A DNA stretch of 64,000 nt from Tolypothrix carrinoi HA7290-LM1 (GTDB lineage Bacteria > Cyanobacteriota > Cyanobacteriia > Cyanobacteriales > Nostocaceae). How positions within the stretch are numbered: the stretch's first letter is position 1; every line of letters begins with the position of its first letter. The position numbers and the translations under genes are program-made. The DNA lies in the NCBI GenBank assembly GCA_019358935.1, contig JAHHIK010000004.1, positions 46,420-110,419 on the forward strand. The letters are read 5' to 3'. Below the pieces are notes generated by a model, which searched no databases, had not been told where the DNA came from, and was given only the letters and a program-made list of their open reading frames with translations. Below are positions 43,193-52,476 of the stretch, one piece after another.

Positions 43193-44533
43193 ATGCCGAA
43201 TATCAACGAAATTGCAACATCTGCCAAGGAAACTGCTAACAAACTTGGCATTAATAAATTTGACATTTACGGCTCAACCGTAGATGAAACCAGCGTACAA
43301 GTAGATCAAGGTGAGCCAAAACAAGTTAAAGCTTCAAATCGCTCTGGTGTCACCGTTCGTGTTTGGAACGAAGACAACACAATGGGTGTCACCAGCACCA
43401 CAGATGTAGATCCAAAAGGACTGGAATTAGCTTTGAAAACCGCTTACGAAGCTAGTTTCTTCGGTGTGAAAGAAAACGTCCCTGATTTTAGTCCAGAAGC
43501 GACTGTCAACATCGAGAATAATAAGAGCGAGAAAGCAAATCAAGCACCCGTTTCGCAACTAATAGAAAGCCTGATTGTCGCCGAAAAAGAACTTTTAGCA
43601 GTTCACCCGGCGATTAAAGGAGTACCTTATAACGGTTTAGCGCAAAGAGATATTGACAGGTTCTATCTCAACAGCAATGGTGCAATTAGAACCGAATCTC
43701 ACTCTTTAGCATCGATATATCTTTACAGCAAAACCGAGGAAGAAGGTAAAAAACCGCGTAGTGCTGGTGCTTTTAGAATCAACCATAGTTTAGATAACCT
43801 AGATATCAATGGTTGCATCAAAGAAACAGCAGATAAAACAATTAGCCATTTGAACTATGAAAAAGTAACAACTGGTAAATATCGAGTAGTTTTCTCAGCA
43901 GAAGCTTTCTTGAGTTTGCTAGGTGCTTTTTCTAACTTGTTCAACGCTCAAAGTATTCTCGACAAGCAAAGTCTATCTACCCCTGATTCTCTCGGAAATC
44001 AAATCGCTTCCCCGCTGCTTTCTGTATGCGATGATGCGCTGCATCCAGCTAACATTGGTGCGGAAGCTTTTGATGGCGAAGGAACTCCTACACGTCGAGT
44101 TTCGCTAATTGAAAACGGTGTTTTAACAGGCTTTCTCCACAGTGCTGGTACTGCGAAAAGAATGAACGCCAATCTTACAGGTAATGCAAGCATCGGTGCA
44201 AAAGTTAGCGTCAGTCCTAACTTTTACCACGTATTTGCAGCCGCAAATTCTGAGCAAGAATACAGCTTAGAAACTGCGGAAAATGTCATTCTCATCGATG
44301 ATTTGCAAGCTTTACATGCGGGAGTGAAATCTTTACAAGGCTCTTTTTCACTACCGTTTGATGGTTGGTTAGTCAATAAGGGCGTGAAAACCAGTATCGA
44401 GTCTGCAACAGTTGCAGGCGATTTTCTGGAAGTTCTCAAGTCAATTATTTATGTTGAGAAAGAACCAGAATTGACACCCGGAGGTGTTTGTCCAAGAATT
44501 TGGATTGATGAATTATCGATTACTGGCGAGTAA
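43193..44533 (+). CDS. pmbA: PmbA/TldE subunit
   Basis: FDGEGTP, lacks HExxxH; follows tldD. Confidence 0.85.
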   Translation: MPNINEIATSAKETANKLGINKFDIYGSTVDETSVQVDQGEPKQVKASNRSGVTVRVWNEDNTMGVTSTTDVDPKGLELALKTAYEASFFGVKENVPDFSPEATVNIENNKSEKANQAPVSQLIESLIVAEKELLAVHPAIKGVPYNGLAQRDIDRFYLNSNGAIRTESHSLASIYLYSKTEEEGKKPRSAGAFRINHSLDNLDINGCIKETADKTISHLNYEKVTTGKYRVVFSAEAFLSLLGAFSNLFNAQSILDKQSLSTPDSLGNQIASPLLSVCDDALHPANIGAEAFDGEGTPTRRVSLIENGVLTGFLHSAGTAKRMNANLTGNASIGAKVSVSPNFYHVFAAANSEQEYSLETAENVILIDDLQALHAGVKSLQGSFSLPFDGWLVNKGVKTSIESATVAGDFLEVLKSIIYVEKEPELTPGGVCPRIWIDELSITGE

Positions 44534-44609
44534 AAAATAGCAGGTGCGGTAGAGACGTTCCAGTGGAACGTCTCTACGGGATGGTTGCCGCTAATCACCC
44601 AAATTAGCA

Positions 44610-45050
44610 TTACTCGCCACCACCTACGCCGATATTGGTATTAAACACATCAGTACCATTCAAATTAGCGCCGATTAAAGTAGCGCCTTCTAACTCGGCA
44701 CTATATAAGGTAGCATTGCTTAAGTTAGCATTGGTAAGATTGGCATTATTTAAAGTCGTGCTATTTACAAATGCCTCTTTCAAATTAGCACCCTTCAAAT
44801 TAGCGCCAGTTAAATCAGCACCTTCTAAATTAGCATTTTGTAAATTAGCACCGTTCAAATTAGCATTCCGCAAATCTGCACCGATCAAGTGAGCGCTCTT
44901 AAGGTTTGCACCGCTTAAATCACACTTGAAACATTCTCCGGTTTTTAGCAAACGCTGAACATGAGCGGGGTTTGCTGCTTTTGCGGGAACGGAAGCACCC
45001 AGAGATATTGCGCTTAATAAAGCTACCGCAGCTAAAGATTTAATTCTCAT
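44610..45050 (-). CDS. Pentapeptide repeat protein with signal peptide
   Basis: LL.TGEC.KCDL followed by ANL/ADL repeats. Confidence 0.9.
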   Translation of the reverse strand: MRIKSLAAVALLSAISLGASVPAKAANPAHVQRLLKTGECFKCDLSGANLKSAHLIGADLRNANLNGANLQNANLEGADLTGANLKGANLKEAFVNSTTLNNANLTNANLSNATLYSAELEGATLIGANLNGTDVFNTNIGVGGGE

Positions 45051-45423
45051 AGTTAATTCCCTCCCAAATTTTTAGAAGTTATTTAATAAGTATTTGGCAC
45101 AAATCCTAAAGATATACTTTGCTTTGCAACCGCTTACTTAACTTCTACAATGCCATTCTTGCCCATTCCTGAATTCAACGCCTCATGCGATCGGAGGAAT
45201 TAAAAGTTTGAATTCTATCCAGTATCCTTGTTTTAGCTACGCTAAAGGTAGTAAGTTTCTATGTAAGTTGCTTGGGCAATCAAACCAGATTCAAACTCGT
45301 AAAAAGCTTTTGTGATAGATATCCTGGCTGTTTAGTCAGAGCTTTATGCTACACATAAGATTTAATATAAATCAGAATCTGTCTTTGGGTAGAGAAGAAC
45401 ATGTAAATTTGTAGCTGTGTTTA

Positions 45424-46260
45424 TTATCTCGTAAGAGCGATCGCTCTCGATTTCCTCTGCATCCACAAAGCCAGCACACCCAACAACACCAACCCCATCA
45501 ACCCAGCTAAAGGATTTTTATTCACACCTGTAACCCAATCCGGAACTGCACCAGAATATTTAGTTAATTGCCCAACATTGATAATGTAATAACCCCAAAG
45601 TAAACCAGCGTGAAATCCTATCGATAAGCCCAAACGCCCTCTGCGCCAGCGTTTTGCACACACCAAAAATAACGCTAGCAGCAATAAGCCGAAAAATTGC
45701 GGCGCTGTGTGAATAATTTCTGGCAGTGGTTTAATAAAGTGGCTGACAGCAAAAATAACCGCAGTTGCCCAAAGTACCACACGGAGATTGTAATCGCGCT
45801 GCAACTCGTCAAACAACCATCCGCGAAATATTAACTCCTCCGCAAATCCATAAACCAAGGCAACAATCAACCCTTCTAAAATAACTCTCAGTAAAAAAAT
45901 ACTGGGTTTTTGCCACACTAGCCAACCCAGCAATCCTTCTACCCCAAATAAAATCAAAATATTAATCAGTCCAATCGCCAAGCCACGCAGCAAATCGATT
46001 GCATTTTGCGGCGTTCTTTCTAAACCATAATGCCTCAGTATCTGGGGTTGCTTGTAAAGTTTTTTGCCCCAAAACCGCAGTAGCAAGATAAACTCTACAT
46101 ACAGCAATGGCATTGTCAAAATAGTTACTAAGTTGTCATCGCGCACTAATAAGCGAATTGGTGCTGCTACTGGCAACCACAGCAACAACAATCCCAAAAT
46201 AAATATACCCAGCCGAACAGGGGCAGGGTATTGAGACACACGAAGATAATTAACTTTCAA
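45424..46260 (-). CDS. CPBP (CAAX/Abi) intramembrane protease
   Basis: EELIFRG, FAVSH, GFHAG motifs; multiple TM helices. Confidence 0.88.
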   Translation of the reverse strand: MKVNYLRVSQYPAPVRLGIFILGLLLLWLPVAAPIRLLVRDDNLVTILTMPLLYVEFILLLRFWGKKLYKQPQILRHYGLERTPQNAIDLLRGLAIGLINILILFGVEGLLGWLVWQKPSIFLLRVILEGLIVALVYGFAEELIFRGWLFDELQRDYNLRVVLWATAVIFAVSHFIKPLPEIIHTAPQFFGLLLLALFLVCAKRWRRGRLGLSIGFHAGLLWGYYIINVGQLTKYSGAVPDWVTGVNKNPLAGLMGLVLLGVLALWMQRKSRAIALTR

Positions 46261-46281
46261 AAACCTTTTACCTGTTGATTG

Positions 46282-46563
46282 TTATTCGTCAGGTTCTATT
46301 GTGCTGGTCAAACCGTGATTTTTCAAGGTTTCACAATAGAACTCAGCGTGTTCCTGAGCACAAGTAATAACTAAAGCTAACCCATTCGTATGAGCTTCCA
46401 TCATGATACTAACAGCTTGGGGCTGGCTAAGGTTCGGCACTGTGGTTATTAGCACCTGCACCACATGCTCCATCGGGTTGAAGTCATCGTTATGGAGCAA
46501 AACGCGATACCGAGGCGCAAGCTTACGGGTTGTTGAACGCTTCTCAATGGTTTCGACTGACAC
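46282..46563 (-). CDS. clpS: ATP-dependent Clp protease adaptor ClpS
   Basis: YRVLLHNDDFNPMEHVV, MMEAHTNG. Confidence 0.95.
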   Translation of the reverse strand: MSVETIEKRSTTRKLAPRYRVLLHNDDFNPMEHVVQVLITTVPNLSQPQAVSIMMEAHTNGLALVITCAQEHAEFYCETLKNHGLTSTIEPDE

Positions 46564-46829
46564 GGCTATTTGCTCTTTTCTGGTTTATCTAGTAGAGATT
46601 GTCTGTAAGCGCGATCGCTTAACAGTTATTTACCTATTCTATCTTATACAAACGCAAATAAATGCTCATGAAAAACTTTTGCTGCTTAGGTTTGATAATT
46701 GCATCTACTTTTCGTCAACCCTGATAATTCACACGGTTCGCAGCATCTTCCCAGGATACCACACTTTCTATGCTCTTAAAATGAAGAAAGCAGCAATACA
46801 ATCGTTGCCGCAACCCTTCTCACCTAATT

Positions 46830-47189
46830 ATGGACATTAACCTATTTCAGCCAGGACAAATTGTGTCTTTAGAGCATGACGCAAAACGCCTGTATGCAGA
46901 AGTGATTCAAGTTGTCGTTTCCCGCAAGTTGTGCTGGGTGCGTCCTTTGCTGTTAGTTGCTTTCATTGAAGAACCGCCGATAATAACTGACCTGCGAGAT
47001 GCTTCTGACCTGCTTTGGTCGATAAATTTATTTCAACCCGCCTTAGACACAGAAGTTATTACGCTGTTAAGTCAAATTTTCGCCAAAGAACCAAAACACG
47101 AGCTTGATTGTGATGCTAAACAGCAACTCAATCAATTTTTGCACTTTTTTTGGCAAGCGCACAAAGAAAAATCAGAAAATAAAGATTAA
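46830..47189 (+). CDS. Conserved hypothetical protein
   Basis: Non-repetitive ORF with ATG start (LYAEVIQVV...CWVRPL...DLR..SDLLW). Confidence 0.65.
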   Translation: MDINLFQPGQIVSLEHDAKRLYAEVIQVVVSRKLCWVRPLLLVAFIEEPPIITDLRDASDLLWSINLFQPALDTEVITLLSQIFAKEPKHELDCDAKQQLNQFLHFFWQAHKEKSENKD

Positions 47190-47488
47190 AGGAATTTTTT
47201 CTCGCGTTGCATAATTCTCTGCTTTGGGCGTGCGCCTAGAAGTGAGTAATATTATGCATGGCAATTAACTACTGAAATCATGAAAATATCGAAGCAGTGT
47301 TTTCACAGTTTAAGTTACGCCAAAAAACCAAAGGTGTACTTAGTAGAAAAATCCCAGTAGTGGTATTGCCACTATTCCTGCACTGCCTCTACTACAAAAG
47401 TATTTATAAATTTGGTAATTTAGTTACAAAATGCAAATTAACTTAATGTATTCAACAATTATTTAAACGAACGAAATCAAAATTACGA

Positions 47489-47683
47489 TTAAAGGCTAGG
47501 AACCAACTTAATTCTACCTGCATCCATCTCTGCCATTAATAGTTCTAAAGCTTCATAATCAACATCAGAAATGTAACCCATTTGAGTCAATTCAGAATTG
47601 ATTTCGTTTTCAATTTCTGGAGTTAATTTTTTAATAAAAAGCGCTCTTTCTACTAATTGACGAATAGCGTACTGAGTTCTCAT
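47489..47683 (-). CDS. Small hypothetical protein (64 aa)
   Basis: MRTQYAIRQLVERAL...LTPEIE...DYEALELLM; globular composition. Confidence 0.6.
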   Translation of the reverse strand: MRTQYAIRQLVERALFIKKLTPEIENEINSELTQMGYISDVDYEALELLMAEMDAGRIKLVPSL

Positions 47684-47763
47684 ATACAATAAAGCAATTA
47701 CAATTGTTACCAATTATCCAAGGTATTGTCTGGTATAAAGAGTGATCCAGATCTGTATATACC

Positions 47764-47779
47764 TGTGATCTAAATCACA
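47764..47779. promoter_or_regulatory. CRP-family binding site TGTGA-N6-TCACA
   Basis: TGTGATCTAAATCACA; weaker second site AGTGATCCAGATCTGT at 47741-47756. Confidence 0.65.
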
Positions 47780-48139
47780 ACAATATCGGGTAGATAATTT
47801 GCCATTAATCAGGCATCTACCAATGGGAAGAGAGACACACAGAAATACTTGAATCTTGCTTCAATCAGCTTGACTCATTGGTTGACAAAGGTATATATAC
47901 ATAACGACTTCTGGAGTCATCTACCCTAGGGTTGTATATATTGATTGTTTTTTAAGTAGAGTAAAAAATTTGTATATTTAAATACTGTTTTTTAGACAGT
48001 TATGACAATCTTTAAACAAATAGGCTCTGGTAATAAAGATTCAGCAAAGAGACGTAATACGAATGGTCGATGTAAGAGAAAAGAGATTATGGTCAAATAC
48101 ATCTATCTTTACAGTTGAATAATTTTAATAGGATCTAAA

Positions 48140-48469
48140 ATGCAAGCCGTACTAGAATCTCCGAAAATTGCTGTTATTCGTCCCCAGAGCTGTTTAAATG
48201 CCGCAAACGCCTTAGAATTTGAGCGAGACTTGACAGCAGCCTTGACGCAAAATGATATTTCTATCTTGGTTGTAGATTTGGCAGCAGTAGAATCTTTAGA
48301 CAGCGCCGGTTTGATGGCTTTAGTTTCGGCGCTGAAGCTAGCTCAAAGTTTAGGACGGCGTTTTAGCCTTTGCGCTGTATCACCGGCAATAAAAATTATA
48401 TTTGAATTAACGCAACTTGATGAAATTTTTGAAATAATTGAAGGTACGGCACAGTTGCCAGCAGTCTGA
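48140..48469 (+). CDS. STAS-domain anti-sigma factor antagonist
   Basis: VDLAAVESLDSAGL, IFELTQLD. Confidence 0.92.
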   Translation: MQAVLESPKIAVIRPQSCLNAANALEFERDLTAALTQNDISILVVDLAAVESLDSAGLMALVSALKLAQSLGRRFSLCAVSPAIKIIFELTQLDEIFEIIEGTAQLPAV

Positions 48470-48869
48470 CAACATATAGCAATCATATATGATTTGATGC
48501 CTAGAAACCCGGTAACTCGTGCGAAACCGGGTTTCTAAAGTTTTAATTTCTTTCAAGCGATGTTGACAAACCTAATCAATGCTAAGGTTGGAGGTGAGAG
48601 CTAGACTTAATCGTAAAATTATTGACCAAAATTATTACGCCAAATCGTCATTCAGCTTAAGTACGATCGGTGGTATAATCGCCTTAATGCCGAAAATCAA
48701 GGCTTAATTATTCGGTTTGTAAACCGCAGTTCTGTCAAAACTGACCAGCCTGTTACAAGGTCGAACGGGAAGTCCACGTTTCGTTAAATTGGTTGAAAAT
48801 AGTGGGTGACTCATGGCTAAAAGCTTCAACCAGTGCTTCGACGTGGCTCAACAACCATATTTAATCTTG

Positions 48870-49149
48870 ATTAGGGTGGGCTACACCCGAATTTACGCCT
48901 GTGGGACGGCAGTTGCTACAACGGGGGTAACCCCAACGCCAGGTGCTTTAAGCCGGGAAACCCTTGCGGCAGTCGCTCATGGGGGGAACCCCCAAGACCG
49001 CGCTGCCGATGCCTACGCACTGGCTTTGCAACGCACTGCCTCACAAGAAGGAGCCGACTCCCTTGGGTGAAACAGGAAGCAGACCCTTCAAGAGCAATCT
49101 TGATTGAATGGTAAGGCTTAGATAAGTTTAACCAAGTTTTGTGTAGCAG
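48870..49149 (+). mobile_element. IS605/IS607-type tnpB 3' end and right-end remnant, interrupted by a nested repeat insertion (48906-49043)
   Basis: Removing the insertion restores IRVGYTRIYACG-QEGADSLG*, recalled as a cyanobacterial TnpB C-terminus, followed by ...taagtttaaccaagttttgtgtagcag. Confidence 0.55.
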
Positions 49150-49181
49150 CATAAGAATTTAAGTAGCTAGAAGATAGCACA

Positions 49182-51914
49182 GTGGCTGTACCAGTTGAAA
49201 ATTTAATTACATCGGATATTTTAAAGCCAGCTCGTTATCTCGGTAACGAACTGGGTGCAGTACATAAGCCTTGGGATACGGCGACAACACGTTGGGTATT
49301 AACTTATCCAGAAGTATATGAAGTCGGCGCATCTAACTTAGGGCATATCATCCTCTATAACATTTTGAATGCCCAGCCGCGCTCGTTGTGCGATCGCGCT
49401 TACCTACCAGCACCAGACCTGGCAGCTAAACTACGGGCAACGCATACACCGCTGTTTGCAGTAGAATCAAAGCGATCGCTAACTGAATTCGACATTCTCG
49501 GTTTTAGCCTCAGTTATGAACTGGGTGCAACCAATATCCTAGAAATGTTGAATTTGGCTGGGATTCCCCTCACATGGCTTGAAAGGTTAGAGGGAAATTA
49601 TCCTTTAATTTTCGCTGGGGGACAAACGGCAACATCGAATCCGGAACCTTACGCCGACTTCTTCGATTTTATTGCCTTGGGCGATGGCGAAGAACTACTA
49701 CCAGAAATTAACTTGGTATTGGCAGAAGGTAAAGCATCTGGCTTAAGTCGAGAAGAGTTACTGCTAGACTTGGCGCAGATACCAGGTGTATATGTTCCCC
49801 AATTTTATGACATGGCAGAGGATGGCTCAGTTCATCCTTCGCGCCCAGATGTGCCAAAACGAATTTTGCGACGGGTAGCGACTCCCATACCCGCTTATTC
49901 TACCGGGCTGGTTCCTTATATGGAAACGGTACACGATCGCCTAACAATTGAAATTAGGCGCGGTTGTACTCGCGGTTGTCGCTTTTGTCAACCCGGAATG
50001 CTTACCCGACCGGCACGGGATGTAGAACCAGAAAAAGTGGTAGAAGCAATAACCAAAGGAATGCGGGAAACTGGTTATAATGAGTTTTCTCTTTTATCCT
50101 TGAGTTGTTCCGATTATTTGTCCCTGCCAGCAGTAGGGATGGAAATCAAAAATCGTTTAAAAAATGAGAATATTTCTTTGACTCTACCAAGCCAACGGGT
50201 AGACAGATTTGATGAAAATATCGCCAATATCTTAGGTGGTACCCGCCAAGGTGGTCTAACCTTTGCCCCAGAAGCGGGAACGCAGCGAATGCGGGACATT
50301 GTAAATAAAGGTTTGACAAATGAAGAACTGTTGCGCGGTGTAAAAACAGCGAGCGAGCAAGGTTGGGATAAAATCAAGTTATACTTTATGATTGGCTTAC
50401 CGGGTGAAACCGATGCCGATGTTTTAGGCATAGCGGAAACAGTAAGCTGGCTAAAGCGAGAATGTTGGACAAAAGGAAGAAAAGCTTTAAATTTTAACTT
50501 GACAATTTCTAACTTTACCCCTAAGCCGCATACGCCGTTTCAATGGCATTCAGTTTCTACCGCTGAATTTAAACGCAAGCAAAATTTACTACGGCAAGAA
50601 TTTCGCCGAATGAAAGCAGTAAAGGTGAACTTCACCGATGTGCGAATTTCGGCAATGGAGGACTTTATTGGACGAGGCGATCGCACTTTATCTAAAGTAG
50701 TCCGCCGCGCTTGGGAATTAGGTGCAGGAATGGATTCCTGGTATGACAATGTAGAGCAAGCTTATCAAGCTTGGGGAGTTGCGATCGCCGAAGCTGGTAA
50801 GATGTGGAAATACCGCCAAATCGAAAACGGCGAATGGAATTTGTTTGGGGACTCCTTAAAGGACAAGGAGGACAAGGAGGACAAGGAGGACAAGGAGGAC
50901 AAGGAGGACAAGGAGGACAAGGGAGAATTTGCTTCCTCATCTCCCCCATCTCCCTTGTCCCCCCCCTCCCCCTTGTCCCCCCCCTCCCCCCCTCCCCCCC
51001 TCTCCCCCTCCCTCGACACCCCCCTGCCTTGGGACCACATCGACACGGGAATTGACAAAAAGTGGCTGAAGGAAGATTTGCAACGCGCTTTGTCAGCAGC
51101 AATTGTTCCTGACTGTTCTTTTGATGGTTGTTCTCATTGTGGTGTTTGCGGCACCGATTTCGGACATAATATTGTAATAGCTCCACCGCAAATCCCGGAA
51201 TTTGCAGGGGAGTTTGTTCCCAACACCACTAAGGCACAACGGCTGCGGGTTCGGTTTGGCAAGCTGGGTGATATGGCTTTAGTAAGTCACTTGGATTTAC
51301 TCCGTTTGTTTGACAGAGCGTTGCGACGTGCGGGATTGCCGATTTCTTTTACTGGTGGTTTTCATCCGATGCCGCGCATTTCTTTAGCAAATGCGTTAGC
51401 GTTGGGAGCTAGCAGTAGTGGTGAAATTGTCGATTTTGAGTTAAATCAAGTAGTTGAAGCCGAAGCTTTCCGCCAACAGTTAGCTGATGCTTTGCCCACA
51501 GACATACCAATATATAATGTGGAAGAACTAGATTTAAAAGCAAGTGCTGCTACCCAACTTTTGGAGGCTGCGGAGTATTTGATTACCGTGGCTGCATTGG
51601 AAGAGATGCCATCAGCAAAATGGCAAGAATCAATTGATACAATCAAAACAACAGATGAGATTTGGTACGAGCAAAAAACTAAGTCAGGCAAGACTCATGT
51701 GATAAATCTGCGCGATCGCCTATTCGATATAGAATTATTAGAAACTAAAACGCAACTCGCAGAATCTACAGGTATCCTGCGTTATGTGGGTAGCTGTCGT
51801 AATGATGGTACGCTGTTGCGTCCTGAACAAATCCTGTTTATGCTAGAACAAGTGGCAAGTGTAGAATTTCAATTGCTGCACATCCACCGAAATCAACTAA
51901 TTCTGGGAGTATAA
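49182..51914 (+). CDS. B12-binding radical SAM protein (TIGR03960-like) fused to a TIGR03936-like domain; in-frame repeat insertion
   Basis: RGCTRGCRFC, TFAPEAG, KLYFMIGLP, PKPHTPFQW, SHLDL.RLF.RA, GFHP.PR. Confidence 0.9.
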   Translation: MAVPVENLITSDILKPARYLGNELGAVHKPWDTATTRWVLTYPEVYEVGASNLGHIILYNILNAQPRSLCDRAYLPAPDLAAKLRATHTPLFAVESKRSLTEFDILGFSLSYELGATNILEMLNLAGIPLTWLERLEGNYPLIFAGGQTATSNPEPYADFFDFIALGDGEELLPEINLVLAEGKASGLSREELLLDLAQIPGVYVPQFYDMAEDGSVHPSRPDVPKRILRRVATPIPAYSTGLVPYMETVHDRLTIEIRRGCTRGCRFCQPGMLTRPARDVEPEKVVEAITKGMRETGYNEFSLLSLSCSDYLSLPAVGMEIKNRLKNENISLTLPSQRVDRFDENIANILGGTRQGGLTFAPEAGTQRMRDIVNKGLTNEELLRGVKTASEQGWDKIKLYFMIGLPGETDADVLGIAETVSWLKRECWTKGRKALNFNLTISNFTPKPHTPFQWHSVSTAEFKRKQNLLRQEFRRMKAVKVNFTDVRISAMEDFIGRGDRTLSKVVRRAWELGAGMDSWYDNVEQAYQAWGVAIAEAGKMWKYRQIENGEWNLFGDSLKDKEDKEDKEDKEDKEDKEDKGEFASSSPPSPLSPPSPLSPPSPPPPLSPSLDTPLPWDHIDTGIDKKWLKEDLQRALSAAIVPDCSFDGCSHCGVCGTDFGHNIVIAPPQIPEFAGEFVPNTTKAQRLRVRFGKLGDMALVSHLDLLRLFDRALRRAGLPISFTGGFHPMPRISLANALALGASSSGEIVDFELNQVVEAEAFRQQLADALPTDIPIYNVEELDLKASAATQLLEAAEYLITVAALEEMPSAKWQESIDTIKTTDEIWYEQKTKSGKTHVINLRDRLFDIELLETKTQLAESTGILRYVGSCRNDGTLLRPEQILFMLEQVASVEFQLLHIHRNQLILGV
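50861..51012. repeat. (GGACAAGGA)7 / CCCTTGTCC element inside the radical SAM gene
   Basis: Encodes a DKE repeat and a SPP-rich tract. Confidence 0.9.
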
Positions 51915-51920
51915 TCCCTA

Positions 51921-51949
51921 TGAGGGCAACTTGCTAGTAGTTGCCCTCA
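51921..51949 (+). terminator. Hairpin downstream of the radical SAM gene
   Basis: tgagggcaact...agttgccctca. Confidence 0.5.
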
Positions 51950-52476
51950 GACAGTAGATCGCGGGAATTGATTTTTAGCAAGGTTGCGTTAGAATTAGAT
52001 GAAGAGAATTTTCTGGCGCTGCATTGAGCGATCTGGTTCACTACCCTGATAATCCAGGGACGAAAGCAAAGATAAAAGAAGTGCAACTTCTAGGATTTTA
52101 TCCAAGACTTGCTGAGGCAGATTAAAGAAAACACTCCTTTATAGCTATTCGCGAAAAGAATCAGTAATCAATAACAGACTCTGTCGGTTTCTCTAACTCT
52201 ATGCTTTTTCAAACAATTGCTGAATGCCTAATCCCTAGATGGTAATGGCGATGCATCCAAAATCAACTACGGACGGTTGATTTCATTGCTGACAACAATA
52301 TGCATTCGTTCTGGAATAATCAGGCGTGTAAACGCAATCTTCTAGTCAATCGCTTCTTAATTTGGAGCGAAGAAAACGCAATATTTATTATCAGCAGCGC
52401 ATTTTTGGGCTGGTAGAGGACAGAGATATAACCATTCTCCAGAACTATTTGTGCTGCCAATTTTCGAGGAAATTGA

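Noticed and set aside
50861..51012. Intein or intron in the radical SAM gene or menC
   Set aside because: No intein terminal residues or group I/II core motifs; plain low-complexity repeat
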